Shown here piece by piece: positions 58,884 to 64,000 of a stretch of 64,000 nt of DNA; position 1 is the first letter of the stretch; every line of letters starts with the position of its first letter. The notes beneath the pieces were generated by a model. It had not been told where the DNA came from and ran no database searches. It was given only the letters and a program-made list of their open reading frames with translations. Location of the stretch: assembly GCA_964554125.1 (NCBI GenBank), contig CAZKNG010000002.1, forward strand, positions 3,785-67,784, given 5' to 3'. The position numbers and the translations under genes were made by a program. Origin of the DNA: an uncultured bacterium (GTDB lineage: Bacteria; Krumholzibacteriota; Krumholzibacteriia; Krumholzibacteriales; WJIX01).

Positions 58884-59834
58884 TTATCTCATCATAACAG
58901 TTGCCGTCGTAATTGCTGCCGTTATTAATGTTATTAGATATCCGGGAGATGTGAATATTGATACGAGCGCGTTAGACCCTCTGGGTACATTTACCAGGTC
59001 TCCGGAATAAATAATGGGATTATTCTCCATATTACCATCCTCAAGATATTCTTCAAAATTAACTACAATCTTCATAACGCTGCCGTTCGGCTTTTTCCTT
59101 AGAATTGCAATTTCAGATATATTGGAGTCTTCGGAGTAACCTCCCGCGGTTATTAGTATGTCATCGAGTCTGTTTAATCCCGTCAAGTGAAAAGCCCCCG
59201 GTCTTCCGACCGCCCCCATTATTTTTACATTCGCTTCCGAGCTTACCTGTTCAGTCCTTTCCGGAACAATAACAGTATCTCCTACTTTTAATTCAGGCAG
59301 AGAATCAAAATTACCGTCATTTATTACTCTTTGCAGATCAACCAGATATGTCCTCTGCTGATCACCCTCACCGTGAACGATTCTGACAGCTTCAAGCATA
59401 GCCCTGGGAGTAGCTCCTCCAGCCTCTCGAATTGCTTCCCATACATTAGGTTCCTCGACAAATTCGTACCTGCCGGGATTGATTACTTCACCCTGAACAT
59501 AAATAAGCCTTCTGGATTCCTCGCCGTACAGGGAAAGTTCGATTCTTGAAATGCTCGGGTAATAATTCTGTAGTTCTTCAAGTATTGTGCTTTCAGCTTC
59601 TATAAGGCGTAACCCCCGAAGTTGAATTCTTCCCACAACAGGAATCGAAATCTCACCGTTAGAATCAATCTGGAGTTGTCTGTCAAGCTGAGGGCGTTCT
59701 TCAACCTTTAATTCAAGTTTATCTCCGGCCCTCAACCTGATCTGCTGTGACTGTATTTGCTGAACTTGCAAGATACTCACAGCAAGGACAATAAGAAAAA
59801 CATCTCTGGTAAATCTAAGTAAACCACTGCGCAT
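58884..59834 (-). CDS. Polysaccharide export outer-membrane protein, Wza/KpsD/GumB family
   Basis: Poly_export motif LRAGDKLELKV...ISIPVVGRIQLRGL, SLBB-like repeats, C-terminal hydrophobic helix LITLITAAITTATVMM. Confidence 0.85.
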   Translation of the reverse strand: MRSGLLRFTRDVFLIVLAVSILQVQQIQSQQIRLRAGDKLELKVEERPQLDRQLQIDSNGEISIPVVGRIQLRGLRLIEAESTILEELQNYYPSISRIELSLYGEESRRLIYVQGEVINPGRYEFVEEPNVWEAIREAGGATPRAMLEAVRIVHGEGDQQRTYLVDLQRVINDGNFDSLPELKVGDTVIVPERTEQVSSEANVKIMGAVGRPGAFHLTGLNRLDDILITAGGYSEDSNISEIAILRKKPNGSVMKIVVNFEEYLEDGNMENNPIIYSGDLVNVPRGSNALVSIFTSPGYLITLITAAITTATVMMR

Positions 59835-59888
59835 TTTTACCGCCTTCTTTTCTAATACTATATTATATTTTTATTGATAATATTATAT

Positions 59889-60827
59889 CTAAATCTTCCG
59901 TTTATACCAATCAACAGTTTTCCTTATCGATTCCTCAAACGATTCTTCTACTGAATAATTGATAATATCCTTCGCTTTTGAAATATCGGCAAGAGAATGT
60001 TTGACGTCTCCAGCTCTCGGAGGTGAATAGACGGGTTCGATATCACTTCCGATATAATTGCTGATATTTCTAAAAAGATCATTGACAGTACATTTATCCC
60101 CGCACGCGACATTAGCCATCTCACCGGAAGCTGTTTCGGCTGATTTTGAAGCAAGTATATTTGCCTTTACAACATTCTTTACATAAGTAAAATCTCTACT
60201 CTGATTACCGTCTCCGAAAATCTCAGGTTTCTTATTGTTAAGAAGCTTTGAAATAAAGATTGGAACGACTGCGGCGTATTGTGAATTTGGATCCTGACGC
60301 GGGCCAAAAACATTAAAATAGCGCAAGCTGACCGTTGGGAGACCAAAAATAGTAGAATATACTGAGCAGTAATATTCACCTACCAGCTTGCTTACCGCGT
60401 AAGGTGAGAGCGGAGAGGGCGTGAGATCCTCTCTTTTTGGAGAAACTTCAGAATCTCCATACGCGGATGAAGAAGCCGCGTAAACAAAGCATTTCACTTT
60501 GGCCTTTCTTGCCTCTTCAAGTATATTAAGAGTGCCGTTTATATTAACATCGTTAACCAGTATCGGATTGTCTATACTTCTCGGGACAGATGCCATAGCA
60601 GCCTGGTGAAGTACATAATCCACATCCTTTAAAGATTTTTTAACAGATTCGATATCTCTTATATCTCCCTGAATAAAATTGATCTTATCAAGAAAGGGCT
60701 CGATGTTCTTTTTATATCCGGTTGATAAATTATCGAGTACTGTAACCTCTTCTCCTGAATTCACCAACTCTTCAACAATATTTGAACCAATAAATCCCGC
60801 TCCGCCTGTTACAAGATAGTTAGACAT
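59889..60827 (-). CDS. NAD-dependent nucleotide-sugar epimerase/dehydratase (UDP-glucose/UDP-GlcNAc 4-epimerase-like SDR)
   Basis: YLVTGGAGFIGSNIVEEL Rossmann, YxxxK (YAVSKLVGEYY) catalytic motif; GGAGGT SD. Confidence 0.85.
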   Translation of the reverse strand: MSNYLVTGGAGFIGSNIVEELVNSGEEVTVLDNLSTGYKKNIEPFLDKINFIQGDIRDIESVKKSLKDVDYVLHQAAMASVPRSIDNPILVNDVNINGTLNILEEARKAKVKCFVYAASSSAYGDSEVSPKREDLTPSPLSPYAVSKLVGEYYCSVYSTIFGLPTVSLRYFNVFGPRQDPNSQYAAVVPIFISKLLNNKKPEIFGDGNQSRDFTYVKNVVKANILASKSAETASGEMANVACGDKCTVNDLFRNISNYIGSDIEPVYSPPRAGDVKHSLADISKAKDIINYSVEESFEESIRKTVDWYKRKI

Positions 60828-60872
60828 ATTACCTCCACATTTAACGAAGTTATTACAACCTTGACTGAGTTT

Positions 60873-61928
60873 CTAAAAAGTTTCAAGTTTATTATTTACT
60901 TCCGAGTATATTGTTATTCTGTTTTTACCTTTTGATTTCGCCTTATAAAGTGCTTTGTCAGCTTTGTTTATTATTCCTTCGACATCCCTCGAATCATACG
61001 GAAAAACTGAAATTCCAATGCTGCATGTTAATCCGGCTGTAAATTCTCCCTCAAACTCATAATCATTAACAGACTGAAGTATGCGGCGGCTTAAGCATTC
61101 AGCCCCCTTGGAATCTGTATGAGGAAGTATAATACTGAACTCGTCTCCTCCATATTTAGCCACAATATCAATCTCCCTGCATTCATTGTTTATAATTTCA
61201 GCTATACTCTCAAGGGCTTTGCTTCCGAATAAATGTCCATTCAGGTCATTATATTGCTTAAGGTTATCTACGTCGATCATTAGAAACGAGAAAATGCTTT
61301 CGAAACGAATCGACCTCTTTACCTCTAATTTTAAAGATTTCATAAGAAACCTGTAATTATAAACTCCGGTCAGTTCATCAGTGATCGAATCGATCTTTAG
61401 TTTTTTGTATAACAGATAATTTTCAAAAGCTATGGCCGCCTGATTAGCCACTGTTTGAAGAAAATAGATGTCGCGCTCACTGAATATTTTTTTTTGTGAA
61501 TCATTTAAGGCCAGTATAATACCAAAAACAGAACGCTTGGACATAATCGGTACCGACATGATAGAACCGCATTTCTCCCTGTTATCCCAGCATTCATCAG
61601 CCAATAGAGAAAGATCAAGTGAAAATACACCATTTTCCTTAACCCTATTGACCATCACCTCTCTTTTGAGCCAGTTAAATAATCCCGAAGAATCAGGTAT
61701 GTCAACTACTTCTACACTATGCCCGTTCTTCTTATTTTCTACTTTGTATTTCTTTATAATTTCATCTTCATAGTATATAAGGAAAATCTTTTTAGCTGGC
61801 AGCACTTCCATAGCACTCTTGATAATTTTATTGAATATTGTACTTCTGTCTTTTCCAAGACTTATAAGGCTTGTTATTTCCGAAAAGGTTTGAAGGAGTA
61901 TATCTTTTTCATCTTTCCATTTATGCAC
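60873..61928 (-). CDS. GAF domain-containing diguanylate cyclase (intact GGDEF); GTG start
   Basis: N-terminal GAF-like region; C-terminal GGDEF domain with RYGGDEF-type motif (AKYGGDEFSIIL) and upstream DVDNLKQYND. Confidence 0.85.
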   Translation of the reverse strand: MHKWKDEKDILLQTFSEITSLISLGKDRSTIFNKIIKSAMEVLPAKKIFLIYYEDEIIKKYKVENKKNGHSVEVVDIPDSSGLFNWLKREVMVNRVKENGVFSLDLSLLADECWDNREKCGSIMSVPIMSKRSVFGIILALNDSQKKIFSERDIYFLQTVANQAAIAFENYLLYKKLKIDSITDELTGVYNYRFLMKSLKLEVKRSIRFESIFSFLMIDVDNLKQYNDLNGHLFGSKALESIAEIINNECREIDIVAKYGGDEFSIILPHTDSKGAECLSRRILQSVNDYEFEGEFTAGLTCSIGISVFPYDSRDVEGIINKADKALYKAKSKGKNRITIYSEVNNKLETF

Positions 61929-62052
61929 GGCAAATCCTTTGAATATTATTGTTTTACTGCCATTATTATGGCAAATGTTATGCCATTTAAGATCTATATA
62001 ACATAATTTGCAACTTTTATAGACAGGTTAACTGAGGAATTACTTATTCTAT

Positions 62053-62358
62053 CTATCTTTTTAGTTTAGAGGAATCCCGTATCGTCTTTATATTACTGAA
62101 AATAGAAATGAATAGCCAGATTATAAAAACAACCACCAGTGCAGGTATCATATATCTTATAATGAAAGGACTTTCCTGAAACTTATTATTAAATAGTCTT
62201 AATGATACCGAAAGTAATATAAAGAGGAAAATCATAAGAATGATTTTAACGACTAGAACAGAGACTGCGGAATAGTATTTCTCCCTTTCTCTTCTTCTTT
62301 TCTCTAAAACTTTTGATTTAAATCGTCTTCTGTCAGGCTTTCTTAATTTAAGTATCAT
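62053..62358 (-). CDS. Hypothetical small membrane protein (2 TM, basic N-terminus)
   Basis: ORF with KR-rich N-terminus and two hydrophobic helices; no motif. Confidence 0.35.
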   Translation of the reverse strand: MILKLRKPDRRRFKSKVLEKRRREREKYYSAVSVLVVKIILMIFLFILLSVSLRLFNNKFQESPFIIRYMIPALVVVFIIWLFISIFSNIKTIRDSSKLKR

Positions 62359-62360
62359 CG

Positions 62361-62561
62361 TTATTTCTCCGTATCAATATCCTCAAATTCCGCGTCTTCT
62401 ATTTTCTGCTCAGTTATATTCCCGTAAAAGCGCTCGTTTTTTTCTTTCTTAGACATATACCTCTTGCTTGATTTTTCAGTATTAGAGATGAATAAATTCT
62501 TTAAGGTCTTAAAAAGAAGATATAAAATCAGAAAACCAAAAAATACCCTTAAAAATGTCAT
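62361..62561 (-). CDS. Hypothetical small membrane protein (single N-terminal TM + acidic tail; DUF4834-like?)
   Basis: TM helix VFFGFLILYLLF then charged tail ..EDAEFEDIDTEK; family guess from memory only. Confidence 0.3.
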   Translation of the reverse strand: MTFLRVFFGFLILYLLFKTLKNLFISNTEKSSKRYMSKKEKNERFYGNITEQKIEDAEFEDIDTEK

Positions 62562-62644
62562 CTCTTCTACCTTTTTCTATAAATCTACTTCTTAATCTAA
62601 ACCTTTTACGGTCAGTATGCAAATAAAGAAGATTCTGTATTTTT

Positions 62645-62718
62645 TGCGCCCGGGAGGATTCGAACCTCTGACACCCGGCTCCGGAGGCCGGTGCTCTATC
62701 CAGCTGAGCTACGGGCGC
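62645..62718 (-). tRNA. tRNA-Arg (anticodon CCG)
   Basis: Minus-strand cloverleaf: GCGCCCG TA GCTC AGCTGGATA GAGC A CCGGC CTCCGGA GCCGG GTGTC AGAGG TTCGAAT CCTCT CGGGCGC A. Confidence 0.85.
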
Positions 62719-64000
62719 TTTTTTTCTTTACTAGATCCGATGCCAGCTCATAGCTGAGCATCTTCTTACCGCCTAACATTCTCGCTATTTCCTCTACTCT
62801 TTCTTTTCCATTTATATGACACGCTGATGATATGGTTCTTCCATTGATAATTTTCTTTTTAATTACTATGTGCTGTTGCGCTCCAGCTGCTATCTGTGCT
62901 AGATGTGTAATGCATATTATCTGGTAGGATTTTGAAAGGTCCCCCATTTTTACGGAAACCTTGTTCCCGATATCAGCTCCGAGACCTGCATCGATTTCAT
63001 CAAATATAAGGGTCGGGATACTCTTCTTTTCGACAAGCAAACTTCTTAGTACCAACGTTACTCTGGATAGCTCTCCTCCTGATACAACTTCACAAAGGGG
63101 CTGGATATCCTCACCAATATTGGTCCTTAACATAAATTCCACTCTGTCCCATCCACTCTCTGACAAATCCAACTCAAAATCTTCGTTGATCAAAGACTCA
63201 ATTTTTATTTTATTTATTTTCGTAGTAAAAAGAGCCCCCCTTATTCCAAGTTCTCTCAGCTGGCGTGTTACTTCTTTATCGAGAATATCTGCATTTTCTT
63301 TCCGCTTAACACTTAATTTTTCAAGTAACGGTATAAGTTCGCCTCTTATCTCTCTCAACCTGAATCTTGCTTCAATAATTTCATCAGAACCCTCTTTCAG
63401 ATTTTTCAGGATCTTCCCGAGTTTCTCCTTATACTTGATCAATTCATTATAGTTTTTGCCGTATTTCCTTTCAGCACTCTGAATCAGGGCATATTTTTCC
63501 TGAAGTTTTTCAATATCTTCAGATTCCAACGGAATATCTCCAAGAGAGTGATCTATCTCCATTGAAATTTCATTGAGTTCTAATATTACATCCTCTATTG
63601 ACGAAGCGGCTTTTTCCCACTTATCATCGATTGAAGATATAGTTCTAAGTTCCCTGCTGATCTTTCCAAGATTATCTATCACATTCAGATCAGAATTATC
63701 CAGAAGAACCTTCGATTTCTCCAAAGATGATATAAATCTTTGAATATTCTCAGATCTGCTAATCTTCTTTTTTATCTTTTCTTTTAACCCGGGCCTTAAG
63801 TCCAATTTTTTTAACTCGTTATATTGATATTCCAGAAAATCCTTTCTTTCCATATCAGATATTTTTTCTTTTTTAAGAACCATTAATTTATTATAAAGAT
63901 CTCTGAACTCTTTTATCTTCTTTCGACAATCTTCAAGCAGTTTCTCGTAGTCACCTCTTTTATCCAGATAATCAATGTGAGTATCCGGTTTCAGAAGATC
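62696..64000 (-). CDS. recN: DNA repair protein RecN, 5'-truncated by window end; 3' end overlaps tRNA-Arg by ~23 nt
   Basis: C-terminal SMC-like ATPase motifs GGELSRVTLVL (signature), LIFDEIDAGLG (Walker B), ...EEIARMLGG; minus-strand frame open to nt 64000. Confidence 0.85.
   Translation of the reverse strand, partial: DLLKPDTHIDYLDKRGDYEKLLEDCRKKIKEFRDLYNKLMVLKKEKISDMERKDFLEYQYNELKKLDLRPGLKEKIKKKISRSENIQRFISSLEKSKVLLDNSDLNVIDNLGKISRELRTISSIDDKWEKAASSIEDVILELNEISMEIDHSLGDIPLESEDIEKLQEKYALIQSAERKYGKNYNELIKYKEKLGKILKNLKEGSDEIIEARFRLREIRGELIPLLEKLSVKRKENADILDKEVTRQLRELGIRGALFTTKINKIKIESLINEDFELDLSESGWDRVEFMLRTNIGEDIQPLCEVVSGGELSRVTLVLRSLLVEKKSIPTLIFDEIDAGLGADIGNKVSVKMGDLSKSYQIICITHLAQIAAGAQQHIVIKKKIINGRTISSACHINGKERVEEIARMLGGKKMLSYELASDLVKKKSARSSAG

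Noticed and set aside
61929-62052. Possible sigma54 -24/-12 promoter upstream of the GGDEF gene
   Set aside because: A TTGCAA is present but no GG/TGGCAC element at the required spacing on the minus strand
62961-63452. 163-aa Ser-rich + ORF
   Set aside because: Antisense within recN; low-complexity translation
1-64000. CRISPR arrays, transposases, integrases, phage genes
   Set aside because: Looked for regularly spaced direct repeats and for recombinase/transposase motifs in all ORFs; none found

Overview
AT-rich (~38-40% GC by eye), densely coding bacterial chromosome segment from a Shine-Dalgarno-using diderm (Gram-negative-type) organism. Evidence for a diderm: LapA/LapB, an LptE-like lipoprotein, a Wza-type exporter, outer-membrane beta-barrel candidates and a SPOR protein. 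I cannot assign a taxon from sequence alone. TTG and GTG starts are frequent and genes often overlap by 4 nt (ATGA).

Most of the window is core housekeeping with strongly conserved synteny: cstA; scpA-scpB-rluB-hisC; cmk(::plsC fusion)-ispH-rpsA; mtaB-miaB; lapA-lapB-TPR/SPOR; mutS; mutL-miaA-tRNA-Trp; radical-SAM/DUF512-der-plsY-gpsA; leuS-trx-holA-lptE-like; recN. Six tRNA genes were found by eye: Trp-CCA, Pro-GGG, Pro-CGG, Arg-CCT, Arg-CCG on the minus strand, and the two Pro genes are near-identical 77-nt direct repeats.

Regions that look accessory or less ordinary:
- 19.3-28.6 kb, between mutS and mutL: a GAF/degenerate-GGDEF signalling protein, a POT peptide transporter, then a three-part envelope module (secreted beta-helix plus putative OM barrel, an ABC-2 exporter, a 7-bladed FG-GAP propeller protein) behind a 300-bp AT-rich leader.
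- 36.4-41.5 kb: a tRNA-punctuated stretch ending in a 560-bp noncoding region that carries an SD-preceded 15-codon ORF with tandem Trp codons followed by a strong terminator, which is leader-peptide/attenuator-like.
- 49.5-62 kb, all on the minus strand: a c-di-GMP-headed exopolysaccharide export locus (GAF-GGDEF cyclase, epimerase, Wza, split PCP Wzz-like plus BY-kinase, two unknown exported proteins, priming sugar-phosphate transferase with an Arg-rich insertion). Immediately downstream of it sits a sigma54-type two-component system whose kinase has an unusual Cys-rich cytoplasmic sensor module.

No CRISPR arrays, transposases or integrases were seen. All calls are from reading motifs and domain signatures in the six-frame translations; no database searches were possible.
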